Below are positions 26,761 through 35,629 of a stretch of DNA of 58,628 nt, piece by piece. Position 1 is the first letter of the stretch. Each line of letters opens with the position of its first letter. This DNA comes from an uncultured Candidatus Saccharibacteria bacterium. Lineage in GTDB: Bacteria > Patescibacteriota > Minisyncoccia > UBA11713 > 2-01-FULL-45-33. Both the position numbers and the translations under genes were made by a program. The DNA lies in the NCBI GenBank assembly GCA_964367075.1, contig CAYIWH010000001.1, positions 1 through 58,628 of the forward strand. The letters are read 5' to 3'. The notes beneath the pieces were generated by a model, which ran no database searches, was not told the origin of the DNA, and was given only the letters and a program-made list of their open reading frames with translations.

Positions 26761-26914
26761 TTTTGAATTGCAAAAACTGTCATTATTCGCGAGACACCCA
26801 TAATTTTCTGTTGAAAATTTGCTATGCTCCCGTCCTTGGCGAGGCTCGCCCAAATGGGCGGCGCGCCGTCGCACTCCGCAGGTCTCGCTCATAACGAAGT
26901 TTCACAATTCAAAA
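26761..26914. repeat. MITE-like, hairpin-forming element with a GC-rich core (copy E1, 154 nt)
   Basis: Terminal inverted repeats TTTTGAATTGCAAAAAC/GTTTCACAATTCAAAA and an inner inverted pair GCGAGAC/GTCTCGC. The core shares a 23-nt block with 53738-53762 (inverted) and a block of about 26 nt with 631-675. Confidence 0.55.
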
Positions 26915-26935
26915 TAAATGATATATAATTAAATA

Positions 26936-27628
26936 ATGATAGAGATTATCCCATCAATAAATGTTAATAATTTTGAAGAGCTAAAAGAAAAGATTCGCCT
27001 TGTGGAGCCATATGTAAATTGGGCGCATATTGATGTATCCGACGGAGTATTTACCAAACATGTCAGTTGGCATGATCCTAAAGAATTTGTAGGTTTTCAA
27101 ACATCTCTTAAATTAGAGGTACATCTTATGATTGATAGACCAGAACGTGAAATTGATGAATGGGCTATTGTGCCAGCGGATCGTATTATTTTTCATCAAG
27201 AAGCGACAAGTGTTCATAAATTGATATTAGATAAAATTCGCGGTGCCAAAAAAGAAACTGGCATTGCGATAAAACCAGATACTAATTGGATAAAATTGTT
27301 TCCATATTTTGATTCTGTGGATTTATTACAGCTTTTAGCGGTAAATCCTGGACCATCTGGGCAGGAATTTCAAGAAGAAATTCTCCACAAGTTGGGTCAT
27401 ATACATTCGCTCCATCCTCAGGCTATAATAGAAGTTGACGGCGGAGTAAATCCTGCCGTTGCGAGACGATGCACCCGTGCTGGCGCAGAAGCGCTGGTTG
27501 CTGGAAGTTCTGTTTTTTCCAGTAAAGATATCGGTGCGGCGATTGAAAAATTAAAAAATGTCACACAATTCAATAGCGATAAGTTTTTATCACATTTACC
27601 AAAAAAGACTCCAGTCAATTTTGTTTAA
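26936..27628 (+). CDS. rpe: Ribulose-phosphate 3-epimerase
   Basis: IIPSINVNNF...AHIDVSDGVF...HLMI...EVDGGVN is the TIM-barrel Rpe pattern. TATAAT lies 6 nt upstream of the ATG. Confidence 0.85.
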   Translation: MIEIIPSINVNNFEELKEKIRLVEPYVNWAHIDVSDGVFTKHVSWHDPKEFVGFQTSLKLEVHLMIDRPEREIDEWAIVPADRIIFHQEATSVHKLILDKIRGAKKETGIAIKPDTNWIKLFPYFDSVDLLQLLAVNPGPSGQEFQEEILHKLGHIHSLHPQAIIEVDGGVNPAVARRCTRAGAEALVAGSSVFSSKDIGAAIEKLKNVTQFNSDKFLSHLPKKTPVNFV

Positions 27629-27636
27629 TATTTTTT

Positions 27637-28524
27637 ATGGCTCACTTGCACGACGACGATATAAAAAAACTGGAAGAAAAAGCGAATGCCATTCGCCAAT
27701 CAATTCTTGAGATGTTGATAGCGGCCGGCTCCGGACATACCGCGGGCCCATTGGGTATGACCGATATCTTTACCGCATTTTATTTCCATATTTTAAAACA
27801 CGATCCAAAGAATCCTTTGTGGGAAGAGCGTGACAGATTAGTACTTTCCAACGGCCACATTTGTCCTGTGCAATATGCTACTCTTGCGCACGCGGGGTAT
27901 TTCCCAATCGAAGAATTAAATACTTTAAGAAAATTTGGCAGTCGTTTGCAAGGTCATCCACATCGTGGAAAATTGCCAGGCATTGAAACATCTTCCGGAC
28001 CACTTGGCTCAGGGCTTGGCCAAGCGGTTGGCATGGCTATCGGTTTTCGAATGGATAAGAAAAAAAATCAGGTCTATTGTTTTATGGGAGATGGTGAACA
28101 AGATTGTGGCATAGTATGGGAATCAATGATGATGGCTGGCAAATTAAAATTGGACAATCTTACAACAATTATTGATAGAAATAATATTCAAATTGACGGT
28201 ATGACAGAAGATATCATGCCACTTGAGAATTTGCGCGCAAAATATGAAGCATTTAATTGGCACGTGCTTGAAATTGATGGACACAATATGGAAACAATCG
28301 TAAACGCAGTTGAGGAAGCGCGTGCGATTTATGAAAAACCAGTAATGATTATCGCGCATACAATCCCAGGCAAAGGAGTCCCTGAAATTGAATTTGATTA
28401 TCGTTGGCATGGCAATCCTCCAGGTAAAGGCCCTACTGATTTAATCCCAGCGGTAGAACAAGGCAAACGAATGCTTGCAGAACTTCGTACACTGGGAGGT
28501 AGAATTAAAAGCGAACATCAATAA
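27637..28524 (+). CDS. Transketolase, N-terminal (thiamine diphosphate-binding) subunit
   Basis: SGHTAGPLGMTDI, LSNGH and GDGEQDCG are the N-half of a split transketolase. Confidence 0.92.
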   Translation: MAHLHDDDIKKLEEKANAIRQSILEMLIAAGSGHTAGPLGMTDIFTAFYFHILKHDPKNPLWEERDRLVLSNGHICPVQYATLAHAGYFPIEELNTLRKFGSRLQGHPHRGKLPGIETSSGPLGSGLGQAVGMAIGFRMDKKKNQVYCFMGDGEQDCGIVWESMMMAGKLKLDNLTTIIDRNNIQIDGMTEDIMPLENLRAKYEAFNWHVLEIDGHNMETIVNAVEEARAIYEKPVMIIAHTIPGKGVPEIEFDYRWHGNPPGKGPTDLIPAVEQGKRMLAELRTLGGRIKSEHQ

Positions 28525-28529
28525 TATTT

Positions 28530-29570
28530 GTGCCAATAAATCCAAATCAAAAATTAGTTGAAAATGTATTAGATCTCAAAACAGTTGAGCAGGCGCCGAC
28601 GCGCAAGGGTTTTGGTGAAGGGCTTTTGGAAATTGGAGAGAAAGATCCGAGAGTGGTTGGGCTGTGCGCTGATCTGACGGAATCCACGCAAATGTATTTG
28701 TTTGCTAAAAAATTCCCAGACAGGTTTATTGAAATGGGTATTGGAGAACAAAATATGGCGGTTGTTGCATCAGGCCTTGCGTCTGTTGGCAAAATCCCAT
28801 ATATCACATCTTACGCGATGTTTAGCCCTGGTAGAAATTGGGAGCAAATTCGTACTACAATTTGTTATAATAATGTTCCTGTAAAAATTATTGGTTCGCA
28901 TTCCGGCGTGTCTGTTGGACCGGATGGTGCCACACATCAAGCAATTGAAGATATTGCAATTACGCGCGCAATTCCAAATATTACAGTGATTGCGCCATGC
29001 GATATGCACGAAGGAAAAAAAGCCGCAATTGCCGCCGCATCCATTGATGGGCCAGTATATATTCGCTATACGAGAGAAAAAACACCAATACTTACTACGA
29101 TTGATACTCCGTTTGAGGTTGGAGAAGCGGAAGTTTTGTTTGATTCTAACTTTGCGGCCGTCCCGCTAAGTAGCGGTCCGGCCGCTAAGTCTACGATCGA
29201 CATAGCTATTATTGGATGTGGGCCGCTTGTTCATAATGCTTTGCTTGCCGCCGGAGAGCTTGAAAAGGAAGGCATCAAGGTTCGTGTAATAAATAACCAC
29301 ACAATCAAGCCAATGGATGAGGCTACAATTATTCAGGCGGCAAAAGATGCCGGAGCAATTGTGACCGTAGAAGAGCATCAAGTACATGGAGGTATGGGCT
29401 CTGCGATCGCAGAAGTTTTAGCAAAAAATTATCCGGTACCTATTGAATTTATAGGTGTCCAAAATCGTTTTGGCGAATCCGGCGAGCCAAATGAATTAAT
29501 TGAAGCGTTTGGTATGGGAGTATCGCATATTAAAGATGCGGTTAAAAGAGTTATTTTAAGAAAAAAATGA
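28530..29570 (+). CDS. Transketolase, C-terminal (pyrimidine-binding) subunit
   Basis: FIEMGIGEQNMAVVASGLA, GPDGATHQAIEDIA and EEHQVHGGMGSA. It has a GTG start. Confidence 0.92.
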   Translation: MPINPNQKLVENVLDLKTVEQAPTRKGFGEGLLEIGEKDPRVVGLCADLTESTQMYLFAKKFPDRFIEMGIGEQNMAVVASGLASVGKIPYITSYAMFSPGRNWEQIRTTICYNNVPVKIIGSHSGVSVGPDGATHQAIEDIAITRAIPNITVIAPCDMHEGKKAAIAAASIDGPVYIRYTREKTPILTTIDTPFEVGEAEVLFDSNFAAVPLSSGPAAKSTIDIAIIGCGPLVHNALLAAGELEKEGIKVRVINNHTIKPMDEATIIQAAKDAGAIVTVEEHQVHGGMGSAIAEVLAKNYPVPIEFIGVQNRFGESGEPNELIEAFGMGVSHIKDAVKRVILRKK

Positions 29571-30559
29571 AACACAACTATGATTTTATTGCGATAGGGG
29601 ATACGGCGACGGATGCATTTATTCGTATTGCAGACGCATCGGTGAATTGCGATATCAATCGCGAAAACTGTATGCTTTGTATGCGTTTTGGCGACAAAAT
29701 TCCTTATGAAGCAGTTTATGTGGTTCCTGCGGTTGGTAATGCTGCTAACGCGTCAGTGAGCGCGGCAAGACTTGGACTAAAAAGCGCGTTTGTTACAAAT
29801 ATTGGCGCGGGACACAATGGCTCTCAATGTCTTGAGACACTAAAGGCGGAAAAAGTTTCAACAGAATTTGTTGTAGTTAATAAAAACAAGCACACAAATT
29901 ATCACTATGTCCTATGGTTTGAAGACGAACGTACTATTTTAATAAAACACGAATCATATGATTATGAATTTCCAGAAATAGACGATCCAAGGTGGATTTA
30001 TTTTTCTTCGATGGGCGAAAATTCACTGCCATTTCATGATAAACTTGCTGAGTATCTTGAATCGCATCCGGATGTAAAATTGGCTTTTCAGCCAGGCACA
30101 TATCAAATGAAATTTGGACGAGAGCGCCTTACCAAAATTTATAAACATACAGAAGTATTTTTTTGCAATAAAGAAGAATATCAGCAAGTTTTAGGAATAG
30201 ACGAACACGATATAAAAAAATTGCTTTCTATGATGCGGGATCTCGGTCCAAAAATTGCAGTGTTAACCGACGGCGTAAAAGGCGCATATACTTATGATGG
30301 TAACGAATATCTTTTTTTGAAAGAGTATCCAGACCCAAAACCTCCATTAGAACGGACAGGCGCAGGGGACGCGTTTTCTTCTACATTTACAGTAGCATTA
30401 GCATTGGGTCACGATATACGTACAGCGCTTATGTGGGGGCCAATTAATTCAATGTCTGTGGTACAGCGTGTTGGCGCACGCGCTGGACTTCTCTCGCGTC
30501 CAGAAATTGAAGAATTCCTCAAAAACGCACCAGCAGATTATATGCCAAGAGCAATATAA
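29567..30559 (+). CDS. PfkB-family carbohydrate kinase
   Basis: It has the ribokinase-like fold with the C-terminal TGAGDAFSSTF motif. The substrate cannot be determined. Confidence 0.85.
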   Translation: MKHNYDFIAIGDTATDAFIRIADASVNCDINRENCMLCMRFGDKIPYEAVYVVPAVGNAANASVSAARLGLKSAFVTNIGAGHNGSQCLETLKAEKVSTEFVVVNKNKHTNYHYVLWFEDERTILIKHESYDYEFPEIDDPRWIYFSSMGENSLPFHDKLAEYLESHPDVKLAFQPGTYQMKFGRERLTKIYKHTEVFFCNKEEYQQVLGIDEHDIKKLLSMMRDLGPKIAVLTDGVKGAYTYDGNEYLFLKEYPDPKPPLERTGAGDAFSSTFTVALALGHDIRTALMWGPINSMSVVQRVGARAGLLSRPEIEEFLKNAPADYMPRAI

Positions 30560-30723
30560 TGAAAAAAATTTCAAAAATTATTTCCATTATCTTTCTTGTT
30601 GTAATTGTATTAATCTTAACAATTGTTCTACAAACAAAATTTTTAAACTGCAAATTAACCATTTTTCCATTTTTAGGATCTGCGCAAGAACATTGGTACT
30701 GTATTATTCAATGGTTTTTTTAA
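30559..30723 (+). CDS. Small membrane protein (54 aa, below the ORF-track cutoff)
   Basis: My translation is MKKISKIISIIFLVVIVLILTIVLQTKFLNCKLTIFPFLGSAQEHWYCIIQWFF. The ATG overlaps the pfkB stop. Confidence 0.35.
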   Translation: MKKISKIISIIFLVVIVLILTIVLQTKFLNCKLTIFPFLGSAQEHWYCIIQWFF

Positions 30724-30724
30724 T

Positions 30725-30781
30725 ATGATCTTCCAAAAAATATTACTTAAAGCAACACAAGAGCACTGGGCGACTGGGCAA
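30725..30781 (+). pseudogene. Decayed duplicate of the fba 5' end (first ~19 codons)
   Basis: MIFQKILLKATQEHWATGQ compares with the intact fba N-terminus MTYQEILKKATSEHWATGH. About 41 of 57 nt are identical without gaps. The frame ends after 24 codons. Confidence 0.7.
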
Positions 30782-30801
30782 AAATATGCTATAATGTGAT
30801 T

Positions 30802-31116
30802 ATGAGTACAGTTGTATTGCCCGAAAATTTTAAACCACTTTTGTGGTCATATGATATTTCTAAGATTGATTTAGAAAAAGATAAAAATCGTATTATTGTT
30901 AATGTGATTAATTACGGTGATTTATCACATTGGCGATGGCTGTTGAAAACCTACTCCATAGAAGAAGTAAAAAAAACAATTTTGTCTCTCCCATCATCAG
31001 AGTTTCGACCGCAGGTTTTAAAACTTATTTCATTATTATTGGATATTCCGCAAAATGCTTATGATACATACAGAATCACTAACCGAGGAAGGAAAATCGT
31101 TTCTGCCACAGCTTAG
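30802..31116 (+). CDS. Small partner protein of the AbiEii toxin (putative antitoxin, DUF6922-like)
   Basis: It lies immediately upstream of, and overlaps, the nucleotidyltransferase toxin gene. TATAAT lies 6 nt upstream of ATG 30802. Confidence 0.55.
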   Translation: MSTVVLPENFKPLLWSYDISKIDLEKDKNRIIVNVINYGDLSHWRWLLKTYSIEEVKKTILSLPSSEFRPQVLKLISLLLDIPQNAYDTYRITNRGRKIVSATA

Positions 31117-31690
31117 AAAACTTGGTGGCAGTTATTATTTGGCAGGAGGTACCGCGCTTGCACTTCAACTGGGGCATCGCGTTTCTGTTGATTTCGATTT
31201 TTTTTCTTCTAATGAAATTTCTTCGGATTTACTGACATTTGTTGAAAAATTATTTGCTGGGCTACCACAAAGAATTTTAGTAAATAATAAAAATGAGTTT
31301 ACTCTTATTGTAGGTGAAACCAAAATTACCTTTCTTTACTATCCATTTTCATTGCTATATTCACTTGTGGATTGGGAAAATATTAAACTTTCATCTATAG
31401 AAGAAATAGCGGCGATGAAAGCTTACACGATAGGAAGACGCGGCACATTTAAAGATTACGTTGATTTATATTATGTACTTATCTCAGGTGCTACTCTAGA
31501 ATCAATTATTGAATCAGCAGAAAAAAAATATAATGATGCTTTCAATTCGCGTTTGTTTTTGGAACAACTTGTTTATTTTGAAGATATTACTGATACAAAT
31601 ATTCGTTTTATTAAGCCCGCTGTTTCGCCCAAAGCAATAGAAGATTTTTTTGAAGAAGAAATAAAAAAGATTAAACTATCACAATCATGA
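31055..31690 (+). CDS. Nucleotidyltransferase AbiEii/AbiGii-family toxin (type IV TA)
   Basis: YYLAGGTALALQLGHRVSVDFDFF is the hallmark N-terminal motif. Confidence 0.8.
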   Translation: MLMIHTESLTEEGKSFLPQLRKLGGSYYLAGGTALALQLGHRVSVDFDFFSSNEISSDLLTFVEKLFAGLPQRILVNNKNEFTLIVGETKITFLYYPFSLLYSLVDWENIKLSSIEEIAAMKAYTIGRRGTFKDYVDLYYVLISGATLESIIESAEKKYNDAFNSRLFLEQLVYFEDITDTNIRFIKPAVSPKAIEDFFEEEIKKIKLSQS

Positions 31691-32556
31691 CTTACCAAGA
31701 AATACTTAAAAAAGCAACAAGCGAGCATTGGGCGACGGGACATTTTAATTTTTCCGAGTCTGACCAGGCGCGTGCTATTTGCGAAGCAGCAAAAGAAGTG
31801 GGCACTTGCGCAATTTTGGGGACATCTGAAGGCGAAGCAAAACATTTGGGTTATTTGGAAGCGGTTGCCTTAAGAGACGCATTTCGCAAAGAACTTGACA
31901 TTTCGGTATTTTTAAACTGTGACCACCACAAAAGTATAGAATCTGCCAAGAAAGCGGTAAACGCTGGATACGATTCGATCCACATTGATTTATCAGCTGA
32001 AGAATTTGAAAAAAACATAGCAGGCACAAAAGAAGTTGTTGATTATTCTAGAAAATTAGCTGGTGAAAATGGGATAATAATTAGTGTTGAAGGAGAATTA
32101 GGATATTTGCGAGGCGAATCAAAAATACAAAAAGAAAAAATTGAAGTAAAACAGGAGGATTATACAAATTCAGAAAAAGCAAAAGAATTCGTTGCCAGAA
32201 CAGGCGTGGACAGATTGGCAATAGCAATAGGGAATATTCACGGTATATCGCTTGATGAGCCTGTTTTAGATATTTCACGCATTAAAACTATTCGAGAAGT
32301 GGTGCCAGAAAATGTGGCTTTAGTCCTACACGCAGGTTCCGGTATTCCAGATGATAAAATTAAAGCGGCAATTGCGGCTGGAATCGCAAATATTCATATC
32401 AACACCGATATTCGAGTCGCATACACAAATGCGCTTAAAGAAGAAATTTTAAAAGACTCGGAAAATGTAGTACCATATAAATATGATGCGTCGGCTAAGG
32501 ACGCAATGAGGCGCGTTGTTAAAGAAAAATTATTATTATTCGACGCTAAATTATAA
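31687..32556 (+). CDS. fba: Class II fructose-bisphosphate aldolase
   Basis: HWATGHFNF, LNCDHH, GELGYLRG, GNIHG and LVLHAGSG. The start overlaps the toxin stop (ATGA). Confidence 0.9.
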   Translation: MTYQEILKKATSEHWATGHFNFSESDQARAICEAAKEVGTCAILGTSEGEAKHLGYLEAVALRDAFRKELDISVFLNCDHHKSIESAKKAVNAGYDSIHIDLSAEEFEKNIAGTKEVVDYSRKLAGENGIIISVEGELGYLRGESKIQKEKIEVKQEDYTNSEKAKEFVARTGVDRLAIAIGNIHGISLDEPVLDISRIKTIREVVPENVALVLHAGSGIPDDKIKAAIAAGIANIHINTDIRVAYTNALKEEILKDSENVVPYKYDASAKDAMRRVVKEKLLLFDAKL

Positions 32557-32559
32557 AAA

Positions 32560-33531
32560 ATGGCAAAAATATTTATAACAAGGCAGATTCCAAAAACAGG
32601 CCCAGATAAATTGCGAGCATCTGGGCACGAAGTAGTAGTTAGCGAAAAAGACGGAGTGCTTACAAAAGATGAATTAGTTGTCGCGCTTCAAGGAAAAGAG
32701 TACGACGCAGTGCTTTGTTTATTAACCGATAAAATTGATGATGATATTTTTATAGCGGCAGGCACTCAATGTAAAATATTTGCCAATTATGCTGTCGGGT
32801 TTGACAATATAAATTTGGATGTTGCAAAAGTTCGTGGGATAATGATAACAAATACCCCGGGTGTGCTTACGGATACAGTCGCAGAACATGCTTTTGCACT
32901 GATGTTGTCTATTGCGCATCGAGTAGCAGAGGCAGATAGATTTACCAGAGCAGGTAAGTATACAGGATGGGCTCCCATGATGCTTTTGGGGACAGATGTA
33001 TCCAAAAAAACAATCGGCATAGTTGGCTTGGGAAGAATTGGTTCTCGCGTAGCATATCATGCGGCAAAAGGGTTTGACGCAAAGATTATTTATTATGATA
33101 TAAGGCGCGATGAAAATTTTGAAAAAGAATTTAGTGCGGAATTTAAAGAAAATGTAGATGATATATTTCGCGAAGCGGATTTTATATCAATCCATGTGCC
33201 GCTTTTGCCGACCACCAAACATCTTGTTGACGCTCGGCGCCTCGGCTTGATGAAGAATACAGCATACTTGATCAATACTTCGCGCGGACCTATTGTTGAT
33301 GAAAAAGCGCTTGCCGATGCATTAAGTGTTAATATTATAAAAGGAGCCGCCATAGATGTATTTGAACATGAACCCGCGGTATATTCAACATTACTAGATT
33401 TAGAAAATATTATTTTAACGCCTCACATTGCTTCCGCCACTGACGAAACACGCTCAAAAATGGCTGAATTAGCGGCGGATAATATTATTTCAGCGCTTTT
33501 AGGTCAAACTCCGCCAAATCTTGTAAAATAA
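32560..33531 (+). CDS. D-isomer-specific 2-hydroxyacid dehydrogenase (glyoxylate/hydroxypyruvate reductase-like)
   Basis: IGIVGLGRIGSRVA, NTSRGPIVDE and TPHIASAT. Confidence 0.88.
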   Translation: MAKIFITRQIPKTGPDKLRASGHEVVVSEKDGVLTKDELVVALQGKEYDAVLCLLTDKIDDDIFIAAGTQCKIFANYAVGFDNINLDVAKVRGIMITNTPGVLTDTVAEHAFALMLSIAHRVAEADRFTRAGKYTGWAPMMLLGTDVSKKTIGIVGLGRIGSRVAYHAAKGFDAKIIYYDIRRDENFEKEFSAEFKENVDDIFREADFISIHVPLLPTTKHLVDARRLGLMKNTAYLINTSRGPIVDEKALADALSVNIIKGAAIDVFEHEPAVYSTLLDLENIILTPHIASATDETRSKMAELAADNIISALLGQTPPNLVK

Positions 33532-33556
33532 TTTTAACTATTATATAATATTAAAT

Positions 33557-34237
33557 ATGGAATCTATTATTGCTGAACCACGAACAGTGGTAGGAAAAGC
33601 CGTTAAATCTCTTCGTAAAAGAGGCATGTTACCAGCAGTTGTATATGGCAAGGGAAAAGACGCTTTATCTATTAGTGTATTGCAATCAGAGTTTCTAAAA
33701 TTATGGAAATCAGCCGGAGAATCTTCTCTGGTTTCGTTAAAAATAGGTAAAGAAGAAAAAAATGCATTGATACACGATGTCTCTTTTGATCCTATAAAAA
33801 GTACGCCAACTCATGTAGATTTTTACTTGGTAGATATGACTCATGAAGTAGAAGTAGATGTCCCAATAGAATTTATTGGCGATGAGGAAGCAGGCAAAGC
33901 ATCTGGCGGTATTTTACTTAAAATATTGCATGAATTAAAAATAAAGGCGCTTCCACAAAATTTGCCGCATACAATAGTTGTAGATGTTTCTACTTTACAA
34001 AATCCAAAGGATTCTATTTTAGTTAAAGATATAAAAACTACGCCCGGAGTTGTCATTATAAACGATGTCGGAGATCTTGTTGCTATTATTGAAGAAGCTC
34101 GCGCTTCTGAAGCAGAGGAGGTCATTTCAACGGATGTTGCTGGAATTTCCGCAGAAGCAATTAAGAACATAGAAGTTGTAAAGGAAAAAAAGATTTCAAA
34201 AGAGGACGCGGAATCTGCTGGATCTGAAGAAAAATAA
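33557..34237 (+). CDS. rplY: 50S ribosomal protein L25/Ctc
   Basis: RKRGMLPAVVYGKGK, with an acidic C-terminal extension. TATAAT lies 7 nt upstream of the ATG. Confidence 0.9.
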   Translation: MESIIAEPRTVVGKAVKSLRKRGMLPAVVYGKGKDALSISVLQSEFLKLWKSAGESSLVSLKIGKEEKNALIHDVSFDPIKSTPTHVDFYLVDMTHEVEVDVPIEFIGDEEAGKASGGILLKILHELKIKALPQNLPHTIVVDVSTLQNPKDSILVKDIKTTPGVVIINDVGDLVAIIEEARASEAEEVISTDVAGISAEAIKNIEVVKEKKISKEDAESAGSEEK

Positions 34238-34287
34238 TAGCGATTTAATCACTGTGATCTTTTTTACGCATCAATACAAGGATTACT

Positions 34288-35622
34288 ATGCAAACAATAT
34301 TTTTTGGTTTGATTACTCTATTGATAATACCCACACTTGTGATGGCAGAAGTGAGCCCTTCGTTGGTGCAATCACGTCGAGTTGAATTGGAAAATCAACT
34401 TAAAAACTATGAACGTCAAATTGTTGAAACAGAAAAGTTAGTTTCTCAAAAACGCAAAGAGGCTGAATCATTACAACGCGACATTGCAATATTGGATGCA
34501 AATATTAAGTTAAAGAAACTCAATATCAAAGCCCAAGCTCTTTCTATTACTAAATTAGAAGGTCAGATTGGCCAAAAAAATCAAAATATTAACGAACTTG
34601 AAATTACCATTGCGCGCAATAAGGTAACGCTTGGCGAATCTATTCGACAACTAAACGAGCGAGATCACAGATCTGTAATTGAATTAGCCATTGAATTTAA
34701 TAATTTAACTAATTTTTTCGACGAAATAGAATCCACACAAAGATTGCAAAACGCAATTCAAGATTCAGTAACGACTCTTTCTTATTTAAAGACAGAAGAA
34801 GAATCAGCTCGTGTTGCTTTGGAAAACGACAAACAAGAAGAAATTCAATTAAAAACACTGCAAGAGCTTGAAAAAAAACGACTTGAACAAGAAGAGAGTC
34901 AAAAAAATTCTATTTTAAAAGCTACCAAAGGCAAAGAATCGGAATACAAAAAAATATTAACCAATAAACAAAAAGAAGCAGCTTCTATTCGCAGTCAGCT
35001 ATTTCTTTTGCAGGGCTCTCCATCAATATCATTTGAAAAGGCCCTGGAATACGCAAATTCAGCCTCGCGTCTTACTGGGGTAAGAGCGGCATATATTTTA
35101 GCAATAATTTCTCAAGAGTCGGATTTGGGGCGGAATATTGGCCAATGTAATTTGCCAAATGATCCTCCATCGGATCGTTGGCAAGCAGTAATGAAGCCAT
35201 CTCGCGATCATGAACCATATCTTGCTATTACCGCGGAACTTGGATTGGATCCGGAAAAAATGCCAGTATCGTGTCCATTGCGCGATCGCTATAAACGCAG
35301 AATTGGTTGGGGTGGAGCCATGGGTCCTGCTCAATTTATACCATCTACATGGATGCTTTATAAAGATGAAGTCGCGCGGCTTATTAGTCATAGCCCGGCA
35401 AATCCATGGAGTCCTCAAGACGCGTTTGTGGCTTCAGGACTTCTTTCAAAGGACAATGGAGCGATTGGTACTCGTGAAAATGAGCGCGTTGCCGCCGCAA
35501 AATATTTTGCAGGAGGCAATTGGAATACATCACTTGGTCGCTCATATGCCAGCCAAGTCCTCGCCCGCGCGGATACTTACCAAGAACAAATTGATCTTTT
35601 GCAATCCGTCGCGCAAAGATAG
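34288..35622 (+). CDS. Secreted coiled-coil protein with a C-terminal lytic-transglycosylase-like domain
   Basis: A signal peptide, about 230 aa of coiled coil, then ISQESDLGRN...GGAMGPAQFIPSTW (MltB/SLT_2-like). Confidence 0.72.
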   Translation: MQTIFFGLITLLIIPTLVMAEVSPSLVQSRRVELENQLKNYERQIVETEKLVSQKRKEAESLQRDIAILDANIKLKKLNIKAQALSITKLEGQIGQKNQNINELEITIARNKVTLGESIRQLNERDHRSVIELAIEFNNLTNFFDEIESTQRLQNAIQDSVTTLSYLKTEEESARVALENDKQEEIQLKTLQELEKKRLEQEESQKNSILKATKGKESEYKKILTNKQKEAASIRSQLFLLQGSPSISFEKALEYANSASRLTGVRAAYILAIISQESDLGRNIGQCNLPNDPPSDRWQAVMKPSRDHEPYLAITAELGLDPEKMPVSCPLRDRYKRRIGWGGAMGPAQFIPSTWMLYKDEVARLISHSPANPWSPQDAFVASGLLSKDNGAIGTRENERVAAAKYFAGGNWNTSLGRSYASQVLARADTYQEQIDLLQSVAQR

Positions 35623-35629
35623 GCTGTGT

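Noticed and set aside
26649-26894. An 81-aa plus-strand ORF spanning the end of the 26303 gene, its terminator and the GC-rich element.
   Set aside because: It reads through a clear rho-independent terminator and a hairpin repeat element. Its Arg/Ala-rich tail simply reflects the GC-rich core.
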